DNA of 59,696 nt from Nitrososphaerota archaeon (GCA_032127635.1 JAQBHN010000037.1:1-59696); one strand, 5' to 3'; positions 50,336 to 59,138 are shown, numbered from the stretch's first letter. Program-made: numbers and translations. The notes: a model not told the origin generated them from the sequence alone.

Positions 50336-51232
50336 TTATCTAGGGAAGTGTTTACTCTTTTTTGAACTGGATCTGTCTTCAGATCGTTTTGATGTAACAG
50401 GTTCTCGAATTTCATTACAATTTAAGCAAAATACCTTTAATTCTTCTCTTGCAAGATCTGGTGATGAGATATATTTTCCCCAAGATGCAGCATCGCCACC
50501 ACGTCCAGAATTATCAGAAGTGACATTCTCAGATATCGGACTAATTCCTAAGGCTCTTTCATCATTAAAACCGCAATTAGAACAAGTTTTTCCACCCAGG
50601 ATTTCATATAATTTTTCTTTAATAGTTTCATAAAATTTATCTGAACCATTAGAATAGAAGCTCTCTTGTTTTCTCAAAAATTTATCATTTCGCGGTTTTC
50701 TAGATCTAGAATTATCTCTACTAGATTCAGGTCTAGAAGATGATCTTGAACCTCTGTCATCTCGTGAACCTCGTGAACCTCTGTCATCTCTGGAATATCT
50801 ATCATTTCCAGAATCGCCTGGTTTGTTTTTTCTGAAACAATCACTGCAGTAAACGGGTTTGTTAAATCTTGGAACAAATGGAACTGTGCATTCATTGCCA
50901 CAATCAGAACAGGTTACAGTCGTAGATTCATTTCTACTGTCATCTCGTGAACCTCTGTCATCTCTGGAATATCTATCATTTCCAGAATCGTCTGGTTTGT
51001 TTTTTCTGAAACAATCACTGCAGTAAACGGGTTTGTTAGATCTTGGAACAAATGGAACTGTGCATTCATTGCCACAATCAGAACAGGTTACAGTCGTAGA
51101 TTCATTTCTACTGTCATCTCGTGAACCTCTGTCATCTCCAGAATTTCTAAAAGAGCGAGAGGTGCTATTTTCTCGTCTTGAATTTCTTCCATCTGTTTTT
51201 CCATCAGAATATTTTGATTTATAGAGATCCAT
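50336..51232 (-). CDS. Protein with two CxxC-x17-CxxC domains, RS/RD-rich linkers and a C-terminal HNH-like Zn domain
   Basis: CSDCGNECTVPFVPR.NKPVYCSDC twice; LGGKTCSNCG...FCLNCN. Confidence 0.85.
   Translation of the reverse strand: MDLYKSKYSDGKTDGRNSRRENSTSRSFRNSGDDRGSRDDSRNESTTVTCSDCGNECTVPFVPRSNKPVYCSDCFRKNKPDDSGNDRYSRDDRGSRDDSRNESTTVTCSDCGNECTVPFVPRFNKPVYCSDCFRKNKPGDSGNDRYSRDDRGSRGSRDDRGSRSSSRPESSRDNSRSRKPRNDKFLRKQESFYSNGSDKFYETIKEKLYEILGGKTCSNCGFNDERALGISPISENVTSDNSGRGGDAASWGKYISSPDLAREELKVFCLNCNEIREPVTSKRSEDRSSSKKSKHFPR
50771..51138. repeat. 174-bp tandem duplication (~2.1 copies)
   Basis: TCGTGAACCTCTGTCATCT at 50771, 50945 and 51119; two substitutions seen between units. Confidence 0.92.
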
Positions 51233-51307
51233 ATTATACAAAAAAAATAGATCGATAGGTTATAGATACTTAGAGCTTGAATTTATGCCTAGAATTAAAA
51301 AAATCGT

Positions 51308-51646
51308 CTAAACTAAAGATTTATCCATTTCAGTGGACATTATTTCTTGCACTTTAAGAAAATAGAGTTTTGTAGAATAGGGCATATCGTCTAAATTATT
51401 GTCAACTGCAATCATAAAATATCTTACAGCGCGTTTTGAAATATCTAAATTGAATTTCATTGGGAGAACAGGATCTTGATGAACTTTGATTTTATCCTGA
51501 AGCCACGGGGGAGCCATTTCAACGGTTTCTTTGATAATTTTATCATACCAATATGAAAGATTTTGGGGGTGCAATCCCTGTTTTAGATTTGCTACGTCAG
51601 TATCAATTTTTTTCATCATATGATTAATGATTGCCATGAGGCTCAA
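51308..51646 (-). CDS. Hypothetical protein
   Basis: 112-aa ORF with normal composition. Confidence 0.75.
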   Translation of the reverse strand: MSLMAIINHMMKKIDTDVANLKQGLHPQNLSYWYDKIIKETVEMAPPWLQDKIKVHQDPVLPMKFNLDISKRAVRYFMIAVDNNLDDMPYSTKLYFLKVQEIMSTEMDKSLV

Positions 51647-51689
51647 TCCAAAAATTTTGTTTTATTCCAATTACTCAAAGTTCGATAAG

Positions 51690-52166
51690 CTACTTGTCAA
51701 TTGATAGCAAGTTTCCATCAATGTCAATTTCAGAGTTTTTAATTCTAGTCGTGGATATTCTTGTTCCGTCTTTTGCCAAAGACATTGGAACTGTAACGAC
51801 TTGAACAGGTGGAAGATTCTTTTTTGATCTTAATTCATTAAGGATGGTTCCCTGATTACTTGTTTCGTCACTAACAACCAGCGCTTCAACTCCTTTTTCT
51901 AGAACAGCAGGTCCAAAATCATCTTCCAATTTACTAATTTCAAAAGAGGCATCAGGAAATTCTTTCAAAATAACAGATGTTAAATTTTCAAAACGTTGAT
52001 CATATCTGTTTGTAGGAATTTTACCTTTTTTGCTAGCAAATTCATCACTTGTAATTCCTATGATTACTTTATCAGCAATATCAAATGCATTTGATAGCAA
52101 AGTAAAATGACCCCTATGGAGAATATCAAAAGTCCCACCCGTCGCTACAAGAGAAAATTTAGACAT
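51690..52166 (-). CDS. coaD: Phosphopantetheine adenylyltransferase
   Basis: GGTFDILHRGH, GITSD, VSDET, ISTTRI. Confidence 0.92.
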   Translation of the reverse strand: MSKFSLVATGGTFDILHRGHFTLLSNAFDIADKVIIGITSDEFASKKGKIPTNRYDQRFENLTSVILKEFPDASFEISKLEDDFGPAVLEKGVEALVVSDETSNQGTILNELRSKKNLPPVQVVTVPMSLAKDGTRISTTRIKNSEIDIDGNLLSIDK

Positions 52167-52246
52167 GCAAACTGATATTATTCTTTGAAAATAAATCTAC
52201 TAGTTTTTTTGTATCTTTTGGGTGTAAATTATTTAGAAATTTTGCT

Positions 52247-52957
52247 TTATTTCGATAATTTCATGAACCCTTCTTTGATCAAGAATTGAATGCCCTCAAC
52301 AAATGAACCATCATCAATTTGTCCATCTGCCCACCATCCGGCGTTGTTCTTAATCCAATCAGGGATTTTGTTGTTTTGAGAAACAGAACCTTGCTCAGTA
52401 ATTGGGATATTCATGAACCCTTCTTTGATCAAGAATTGAATGCCCTCAACAAATGAACCATCATCAATTTGTCCATCTGCCCACCATCCGGCGTTGTTCT
52501 TAATCCAATCAGGGATTTTGTTGTTTTGAGAAACAGATTTTGCGTCACTAGAAATTACTTCAAATGAAATGATTGTGATAGTTGTCTTTGAATTTCCATA
52601 TTGAGCTTTGACTTTAAATGTCCCATCGCTGAATTTTTCATCCAGTGTTACACCATGTGAGAATGTACCGTCATCATCCACAGAGGTTGTTTGAGAGAGA
52701 ACCAAGTCATTTCCAGCACTAAAAATTGAAATTCGTAAATTTCTCTCTTCGTCATACTTGTTTACACTACCAGAAAACATCACAGATTCCCCAAGTGCAT
52801 ATGAGATATCATCAGAAATTATCTCCACAGTGTAATTGTTAGCACTGCTTTGTTCAGGCGGTCCACCATAACCAAAAACTGACGGTTCTGAAGAAAATGC
52901 AAGTACCAATGAAATTACAGAAATAATGAAAATTTTCTTTGAGTTCATAATTAACAT
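52247..52957 (-). CDS. Secreted/surface protein with two C-terminal IPxWIKNNAGWW motifs
   Basis: Signal peptide, Ig-like body, and the thaumarchaeal IPDWIKNNAGWWADGQIDDGSFVEGIQFLIKEG motif twice. Confidence 0.85.
   Translation of the reverse strand: MLIMNSKKIFIISVISLVLAFSSEPSVFGYGGPPEQSSANNYTVEIISDDISYALGESVMFSGSVNKYDEERNLRISIFSAGNDLVLSQTTSVDDDGTFSHGVTLDEKFSDGTFKVKAQYGNSKTTITIISFEVISSDAKSVSQNNKIPDWIKNNAGWWADGQIDDGSFVEGIQFLIKEGFMNIPITEQGSVSQNNKIPDWIKNNAGWWADGQIDDGSFVEGIQFLIKEGFMKLSK
52260..52537. repeat. Exact 128-bp direct repeat, period 150 bp
   Basis: 52260..52387 identical to 52410..52537. Confidence 0.93.
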
Positions 52958-53015
52958 GGCACATTCCTTTCTGCATTTAAACGGTGAGCAGAAAACAGAA
53001 TCATCGATTGAAATC

Positions 53016-54083
53016 TTACTTTACAAGCACTAGAACAAATGGACCTTGCTCAGCAATTGGGATATTATTCCTATCCCAAACAAAAGTTTCAATGAAATAT
53101 AAGCCAGTTTTCTCTGGAATCCAATCTATGGTTTGAGTTTCTTGTCCAGTTCCAATAAATCGTCCATTATATTTTCCAACATATTCAACATAAGGTAATT
53201 CGCCAGATTGCTTTACCTGGACATAGTAGGTGTAGGCAGTTTCATCACATTTTTGATCTCCTGTAAACTGAATCAAAGATTTACTCTCGATATTGACTGG
53301 TGAGCCAACACTGAGTTCAGATAATTTGTTTCCGTTAGAATCTTCTACAGATACATCAGAGATAGTTACCAGTTTATCAGATGTTTGACATTTTGGGATT
53401 TTGACATCAACAAGGTCAGAAATGAAAACATTTGATTCTGCAAATAAGAAAAAGCCCACAGAACTTGAGTCAATTACTTCATCAAGATCAAATAAAACCT
53501 CGGCATTTGGCCCCACATCACCAAGTTTTATTGTGGATACACTGAGAATTCGTGCAGGTTCAAAACCATCATAGAATGCAAGATACACATTAGTATCAGA
53601 ATTTGGAGCGCCGCTATTTTGAAGAACCCCAGAAAATTTTAAAGAAGTATCCAAAAACACATCACTAGAATATACAGAAAGTCCTTTTTCTTTTACATTT
53701 GAAGGGGTGTAGTCGCCTAAAAGATAAACAGACGCTTTAGATATGCTAGGATTGGGACTTTCAGAGCGAATAGAGAAAGGGGATTTTCCATTAGGTGGAA
53801 TTACCTCAAGTATGGTATTTCCCTGTATTACTTCCAAAGGAGCAAGACCAAATTCATCAAAAAACATTGCCTGAATTTTTACATTGGTTATAGGTGTGAG
53901 AGAATTATTGTTTTCAACAATTCCAACTACAACAGTATATCCGTCAGAATCCTGATAGACGTGAATGTTTTCACTGTTAAGGAAGACAGTTAATGTTGGA
54001 AGATTGTCTGTTACTTGAGAAAAGCCCTGACTAAACGGAATCAGTAATAATATCAAAAATGCACATAGAACCACTTTTGTCAT
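53016..54083 (-). CDS. Secreted beta-rich (Ig-like) hypothetical protein
   Basis: Signal peptide; VVGIVENN...FFDEFG and FSGVLQN...FYDG modules; GLYFIETFVW. Confidence 0.8.
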   Translation of the reverse strand: MTKVVLCAFLILLLIPFSQGFSQVTDNLPTLTVFLNSENIHVYQDSDGYTVVVGIVENNNSLTPITNVKIQAMFFDEFGLAPLEVIQGNTILEVIPPNGKSPFSIRSESPNPSISKASVYLLGDYTPSNVKEKGLSVYSSDVFLDTSLKFSGVLQNSGAPNSDTNVYLAFYDGFEPARILSVSTIKLGDVGPNAEVLFDLDEVIDSSSVGFFLFAESNVFISDLVDVKIPKCQTSDKLVTISDVSVEDSNGNKLSELSVGSPVNIESKSLIQFTGDQKCDETAYTYYVQVKQSGELPYVEYVGKYNGRFIGTGQETQTIDWIPEKTGLYFIETFVWDRNNIPIAEQGPFVLVLVK

Positions 54084-54207
54084 AATTTTTCTTGTTAGAA
54101 TAGATTAATTTTGTGTAACATATCAAATAATGAACAAGAAAGGTAAGAACGTTAAACCCAGTTTACACTGTGAAATCAATAAAAAGAAATTAAAAATGGT
54201 ATAAAAC

Positions 54208-54309
54208 TTATTTTCTCTTTGCGGTAATTGCTAACCAGTAAATTAAACCTGGAGTTAAACCAACAATGAGTGGTATGAATACCGGCCATGCGTCTGCTGC
54301 ACTTGTCAT
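54208..54309 (-). CDS. Putative single-TM microprotein (33 aa), not in ORF track
   Basis: MTSAADAWPVFIPLIVGLTPGLIYWLAITAKRK; TTTAAATA ~23-30 nt upstream; T-rich downstream. Confidence 0.65.
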   Translation of the reverse strand: MTSAADAWPVFIPLIVGLTPGLIYWLAITAKRK

Positions 54310-54386
54310 ATTGAAAAACGGGAACTAATCCTATTTAAATCCATCTTGAAGTCCGAATTTCAGCATAGATCGTTGAGGTTAGAAAG

Positions 54387-54460
54387 TGGACCGGACGGAA
54401 TTCGAATCCGTGACCCCCCGCGTGCAAGGCGGGTATACTACCAGGCTATACTACCGGCCC
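54387..54460 (-). tRNA. tRNA-Ala(TGC)
   Basis: Acceptor GGGCCGG/CCGGTCC with G3-U70; anticodon arm CCCGC-CTTGCAC-GCGGG. Confidence 0.93.
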
Positions 54461-54540
54461 ACAAGAAGAATGAATAAAGTGTGGATTTTAATTGTTGTCT
54501 TCTCGGTAAGAATTTTATTTGAAATCACGATAATTCCAAT

Positions 54541-55095
54541 ATGGTACTTTTGGAATCACAGATTAAACTAAAAACAGGAGATATTGCACCTGATTTTGAA
54601 TTAATGGGGATTGATGGCAAAACACATTCAATAAGTGATTATTCCAGTTACAAAGGGATTTTAGTAATTTTCATGTGCAATCATTGTCCATATGTTAAAG
54701 CAAAAGTAGGTGCTCTCAATGAACTATATGAAAAATATGGAAAGAACATAGCGATTATTGGAATTAACAGCAATGATTCTGCGAATTATCCAGAAGACAG
54801 TTTTGATGCCATGAAACAGACTGCCAAAGAGAAAGGATTTGGGTTTGATTATCTGGTAGATGAAACACAGGAGATTGCAAGGAAATACGGTGCAATGTGC
54901 ACTCCAGATCCCTTCTTATTTAATGCACAAAAGCAATTAGTTTTTCATGGAAGAATAGACAATGCCATGAAACCAGATGACGAAGTAACTGAAAAAACAA
55001 TGATTGTCAATATGGGGAAATTGTTAGATGGAGAGAAAATTGAGAAAGATTTTGACCCTTCAATTGGCTGCTCAATCAAGTGGAAGGAAAATTAA
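54541..55095 (+). CDS. Thioredoxin-like AhpC/TSA family protein
   Basis: APDFEL, CNHCPYV, INSND, CTPD, SIGCSIKW. Confidence 0.92.
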   Translation: MVLLESQIKLKTGDIAPDFELMGIDGKTHSISDYSSYKGILVIFMCNHCPYVKAKVGALNELYEKYGKNIAIIGINSNDSANYPEDSFDAMKQTAKEKGFGFDYLVDETQEIARKYGAMCTPDPFLFNAQKQLVFHGRIDNAMKPDDEVTEKTMIVNMGKLLDGEKIEKDFDPSIGCSIKWKEN

Positions 55096-55128
55096 ACTTA
55101 AATGAGTCTAGCCTAGAGATTTGTTCGT

Positions 55129-55203
55129 GGGCTCGTAGCTCAGCTTGGCTGGAGCGTTCGACTGATAATCGAAAGGTCATGTGTTCGAATCACATCGGGC
55201 CCA
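55129..55203 (+). tRNA. tRNA-Ile(GAT)
   Basis: Acceptor GGGCTCG/CGGGCCC; anticodon arm TTCGA-CTGATAA-TCGAA. Confidence 0.93.
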
Positions 55204-55210
55204 TTTTTCA

Positions 55211-56104
55211 TTATTTTAAATTTTGAGAGATAGTTTGAGACCATTGTAAAATATCTCCAATTTTTTCAGATGTCAAATCAGAATTTATTTTGGTTTTTTT
55301 AGAGACTTTTCCACAAAGTATTAATTTCATATGTTTTCCAGACTTTTCTTTTATGGGATTAATTGAATCTGCAAAAAAGTTTAGACCTTCATCAGTTTTG
55401 GAAAATACCACAATTATTAAAATTCCAAGTTTTTGTTTCCATATTTTTCCTATTAGTTTTTGAAAATCAAGATCAAACAACACGTTGATTGCAGATGACA
55501 TATCCCCCAAATGAGAAACCTTCCACCCATCAGAGTGGTAAACTGCTGAAGCTGCTTCTGAATGTAATCTACTTTGTGCATCAGATGCCATGACAATTAT
55601 ATTCTTTTTTGGATCAGATACAACCTGAAGTTGATTAAATATTTGGAGGGATTTTGAAAGAGTTGTCATCAGAAGATTTTGTTCGGAGTCTCCAATTTTT
55701 CCATCATCATACAGATTTTGTATATGATCAATGGAGGGGAAAATTGCTTCGAGAATCAATCGGTTCACTGTACCTCCAGAATGTAAGCAATTACGAATTA
55801 GAGAGTAAACTTGATCTTCAGTACCTTTGACTAAATATTCAAGATACCTAGGAAATATTTTGAAATAATCTTCAGGAAAGTGGAATGATTCCTGTCCAGG
55901 TTCTAAAAACCATAAAGTGACATTTCCAATATTTTTTTGCCGAAGCAGTCCTTCTGCTGCAAAAACTTTGAGATACTTTGACATTGTTATTCTATTGATG
56001 CCAATTTTTTCAGAAATCTCAACACCTGACATTCCAGAAACAGCGCCATCTAAAACTGAAATTAGTTTTTCTCGTATCTCCTCAACAGAATAGCCTTTAC
56101 CCAC
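55211..56104 (-). CDS. HTH transcriptional regulator with a B12-binding cap and a degenerate Rossmann B12-like domain
   Basis: N-terminal wHTH (SGVEISEKIGINRITMSKYL); AIFPSIDHIQNLYDDGKIG..EQ cap-like motif; GWKVSHLG. Confidence 0.75.
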   Translation of the reverse strand: MGKGYSVEEIREKLISVLDGAVSGMSGVEISEKIGINRITMSKYLKVFAAEGLLRQKNIGNVTLWFLEPGQESFHFPEDYFKIFPRYLEYLVKGTEDQVYSLIRNCLHSGGTVNRLILEAIFPSIDHIQNLYDDGKIGDSEQNLLMTTLSKSLQIFNQLQVVSDPKKNIIVMASDAQSRLHSEAASAVYHSDGWKVSHLGDMSSAINVLFDLDFQKLIGKIWKQKLGILIIVVFSKTDEGLNFFADSINPIKEKSGKHMKLILCGKVSKKTKINSDLTSEKIGDILQWSQTISQNLK

Positions 56105-56221
56105 AATGTTCTTGGGTCGCAGTATTCTATAAAGACTAATTTTCATTTAAAAAATCGAGGCAAAATTTGAAATAAAACATTATATACTTGGGTACTTTAT
56201 TGTACGGTAAGGAAAAGTAAA

Positions 56222-56608
56222 TTGCCAAAAGCCGGATTCAAATCAATCACTGTATCAGAAACTGTTTATGATAAATTCCATGATGTTTATCAAAAGAGTA
56301 AAGACGACCTAACAATGAAAGGGGTCAACAGTTTTGCCGGCTATGTAACTTACATGTTAGAAGAGATGATGCAAAAGGACAAGACCTTTGCAAGATATGC
56401 TCCAAAGATAGAAAAAATTTCAGTGGATGATGACCGTGTTATTCTTAAAGACAATATCAAAAATAGAATTGCAGAAGTTGCAATTCAAAAAGGCGAATTA
56501 TTTTGTCAGCTCTGTGATGAGAAAGACTGTGTCCATGTAGGATTTGTATTCTCATTGCCAGATGTCTATGAAGTTCTAAACTCCAGAGGAATCAAAAACC
56601 CAAGATAG
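56222..56608 (+). CDS. Hypothetical protein with RHH-like N-terminus and C-terminal Zn motif
   Basis: FKSITVSETVYDKF; LFCQLCDEKDCVH. Confidence 0.75.
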   Translation: MPKAGFKSITVSETVYDKFHDVYQKSKDDLTMKGVNSFAGYVTYMLEEMMQKDKTFARYAPKIEKISVDDDRVILKDNIKNRIAEVAIQKGELFCQLCDEKDCVHVGFVFSLPDVYEVLNSRGIKNPR

Positions 56609-56609
56609 G

Positions 56610-56694
56610 TGGAGGAGGTGGGATTCGAACCCACGAACTCCTGAAAGATAGGATCTTAAGTCCTACATCGTTGGCCAGGCTTGATTACTCCTCC
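56610..56694 (-). tRNA. tRNA-Leu(TAA)
   Basis: Acceptor GGAGGAG/CTCCTCC; anticodon arm TAGGA-CTTAAGA-TCCTA; long variable arm. Confidence 0.93.
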
Positions 56695-56785
56695 AAAAGG
56701 ATAAAAATCTGGGCGAAATTTAACAGTTTAGAGTAAATTTGCCCGGAATCAAGAATTATAAGGATTTTCTACATGGTGAATTTGT

Positions 56786-56859
56786 GCTTCGGTAGCTCAG
56801 TCTGGTAGAGCGTTACATTGGTAATGTAAAGGTCACGGGTTCAGATCCCGTTCGAAGCT
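56786..56859 (+). tRNA. tRNA-Thr(GGT)
   Basis: Acceptor GCTTCGG/TCGAAGC; anticodon arm TTACA-TTGGTAA-TGTAA. Confidence 0.92.
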
Positions 56860-56860
56860 C

Positions 56861-57721
56861 CTAATAATTTTTAATCAATAATTCAAAGTGTCCAGTTCTC
56901 TTTTTAGAGTTGGAGTTGATTGAACGGTTTGCCTGAACCCTAGTTATTTTCCAAGGTTTTCTTGAGAACATATCTGCAACTTCTTTGGAATTAGAATTTG
57001 ACAAAAGTACATTGCATCCCTTTGAATCTAAATCCATGCAGAGTTCTGACAATCTACTGAGATCATCAAAAGTGAAAGCCTTGTTTGTATAACTGGTAAA
57101 ATTAGAAGTGTCACTAACTGGCTGATATGGAGGATCAAAGTATACCAGATCACCTTTTTTGGCGTCTCCAAGTACTGCCTCAAAATCCCTGCATTGAATA
57201 TTGACTTTACTTGATTGCAGAATATGACTTACTGAATGAAGATTGTCCTCATTTACAATATTTGGATTGGTGTATTTGCCCAATGGAACATTGAATTTTC
57301 CTTTGCTATTGACTCTGTACAACCCATTGAAACATGTTCTATTCAAAAAGATTAATCGAGAAGTTTTCTCAATTTGGCTTCTAGGAGTACTTGCTCTTAT
57401 CGAGTAATAGTATGATTTGGAGTCTTTTTGATAATTTTTTTCATGATTTTTTAGTGATGTGATAAGGTCGTCTACTCTATCTCGAATAGTAGTATAGGCT
57501 AAAACAAGATCAGAATTAAGATCAGAGATACTACATTTCTGACCATTACGCTCAGTTAACATGTGGAAAAGTAGTGCGCCACCTCCCAAGAAGGGTTCAA
57601 AATAAGTGCCAAAAGATTCAGGTAAATTTTCATTTAAAATTGGAATTAGTTGTCGTTTTCCACCAGCCCATTTTACAAAGGGTTTTGGAATAGTTAGAAT
57701 CTGACTGTATTGCTGTTTCAC
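56861..57721 (-). CDS. dam: Dam/DpnM-family DNA adenine methyltransferase (no partner nuclease in window)
   Basis: KWAGGK, FEPFLGGG, FNGLYRVNSKGKFNVP, DPPY, LSNS. Confidence 0.93.
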   Translation of the reverse strand: MKQQYSQILTIPKPFVKWAGGKRQLIPILNENLPESFGTYFEPFLGGGALLFHMLTERNGQKCSISDLNSDLVLAYTTIRDRVDDLITSLKNHEKNYQKDSKSYYYSIRASTPRSQIEKTSRLIFLNRTCFNGLYRVNSKGKFNVPLGKYTNPNIVNEDNLHSVSHILQSSKVNIQCRDFEAVLGDAKKGDLVYFDPPYQPVSDTSNFTSYTNKAFTFDDLSRLSELCMDLDSKGCNVLLSNSNSKEVADMFSRKPWKITRVQANRSINSNSKKRTGHFELLIKNY

Positions 57722-57861
57722 ATATAATAATCACAAGATTACATATTGTCAAAATAGACAATAAAAGATCACAAGCTGTGTGGTATTTTTTAATCAAATT
57801 TTTCGGAGTAGAGAATACTCTAACAGATAGATAATAAAATGAAAAGGAAAAGGTTGGAGTT

Positions 57862-58512
57862 TTAGTCCCACTTTGACCAAGCGGCCATCCATCTGTATGT
57901 CCAAGTGTTCAATTTACAACCTAAAGCTGCAAACGTACATGCCAATACTGCACCTGCACCTGCACCTAGCGCAACTGGGCTGTTATAGAATTTGCCGACT
58001 TGCGGTTCGATTGGTGTCATATATGGTGGCAATGTTGGTCTTGGGTATTTGAATGCCGTTTCTAGTGGGTCTGCTACCGTTATCAGGTTTACCATGTTGA
58101 ACAATGGTATTGACATTCCTACCAGTACGCCGCCAAACAGTATCAAGGAGTGCTTGTTCTTCTTTGTTGCCCAGTAAACCAAATCCAACAGCATTGCTGA
58201 TGGTAGCCAAACTGGAGTTACAATGAAGTCATATGGATATCCTAACGAAAACCATGCGGCTTTTGCTATCCATGTGTATACTGTCATAATTAGAGCGTAG
58301 TACGTCGCTGTGCCTGGAACGCCTGTAAATGTAAGATAGTATGTAGCACCTACAATTAGCATCAACGTTTGCGATATTGAAAATACCGTGTACGAAGTCC
58401 AAGCCCAGTCAGTGTAGAAGATATAGTCTCCTGCATTAATTGTTAACAATGTTGAGTTAACTGCAACTACTACTATGAATAAGTAGTGTGTACATCGTCT
58501 TAACCAGACCAT
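57862..58512 (-). CDS. amoA: Archaeal ammonia monooxygenase subunit A
   Basis: MVWLRRCTHYLF...AGDYIFYTDWAW...YRWMAAWSKWD, 216 aa. Confidence 0.99.
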   Translation of the reverse strand: MVWLRRCTHYLFIVVVAVNSTLLTINAGDYIFYTDWAWTSYTVFSISQTLMLIVGATYYLTFTGVPGTATYYALIMTVYTWIAKAAWFSLGYPYDFIVTPVWLPSAMLLDLVYWATKKNKHSLILFGGVLVGMSIPLFNMVNLITVADPLETAFKYPRPTLPPYMTPIEPQVGKFYNSPVALGAGAGAVLACTFAALGCKLNTWTYRWMAAWSKWD

Positions 58513-58534
58513 AAGAAGGTGATGAAACGGTCAG

Positions 58535-58543
58535 TATATAAAA
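58535..58543 (-). promoter_or_regulatory. Putative TATA box of amoA (near-leaderless transcript)
   Basis: TTTTATATA 23-31 nt upstream of the ATG. Confidence 0.6.
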
Positions 58544-58661
58544 TTTTAGTGTTTGATGAAGATCGTCATTTTTGATTTGATTAGAATAATAAAAAATACA
58601 TCAGGAGGTAATTTTTAAAAATTAAAATGAAAAAGAAGTGTATTGAAGGGTTTTCTTCAGA

Positions 58662-59024
58662 TTACCAACCAACGTATAGAGATACAAATAGTACGAATAC
58701 AACTGCACCTGCAACACTAGCACCAATGATGCCATTGCTGTTTTTGTTGGAACCTTCTTCCATGACTTTAACACAGAAGATGTAACCTATTGCCTCAATG
58801 ATTGAAAGTACGATGAATGCAAAGTGACCACTTGCGGTTGGATATGCCCATGGATAATAGAAGTATCCAGCTGCAGTACCACCAAAAGTTGCTATCAATG
58901 CTGCCCAGAATGAAATAGTAATCATACCAGTCATATTTTCAACGCGTCTACCAATCATTCGTTCTACATCAGCACTTGATGATCCACCAGCGCCGCCAGA
59001 ACCGAATCCTTTAGGAAGAGTCAT
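58662..59024 (-). CDS. amoX: Archaeal ammonia monooxygenase subunit X
   Basis: MTLPKGFGSGG...MIGRRVENM...YYPWAYP; three TMs; located between amoC and amoA. Confidence 0.93.
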   Translation of the reverse strand: MTLPKGFGSGGAGGSSSADVERMIGRRVENMTGMITISFWAALIATFGGTAAGYFYYPWAYPTASGHFAFIVLSIIEAIGYIFCVKVMEEGSNKNSNGIIGASVAGAVVFVLFVSLYVGW

Positions 59025-59138
59025 TCTGGAATTATTCCAATTCAGATTCTTTTAAGTCTTTCTTAAAGCGATTGGACTTGTACGATCTACGTCATTTAAA
59101 AATAATAAAAGAGAAAAAAAGGTGCTAATGCACTTTTT

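Noticed and set aside
54208-54309. Resemblance of the 33-aa peptide to photosystem I PsaI, or assignment as AmoY/AmoZ
   Set aside because: The similarity is only generic hydrophobic and Pro spacing; no sequence basis for either name
56861-57721. dam as half of a DpnII-type restriction-modification system
   Set aside because: It is flanked by tRNA-Thr and amoA, with no endonuclease in the window; GATC sites are frequent
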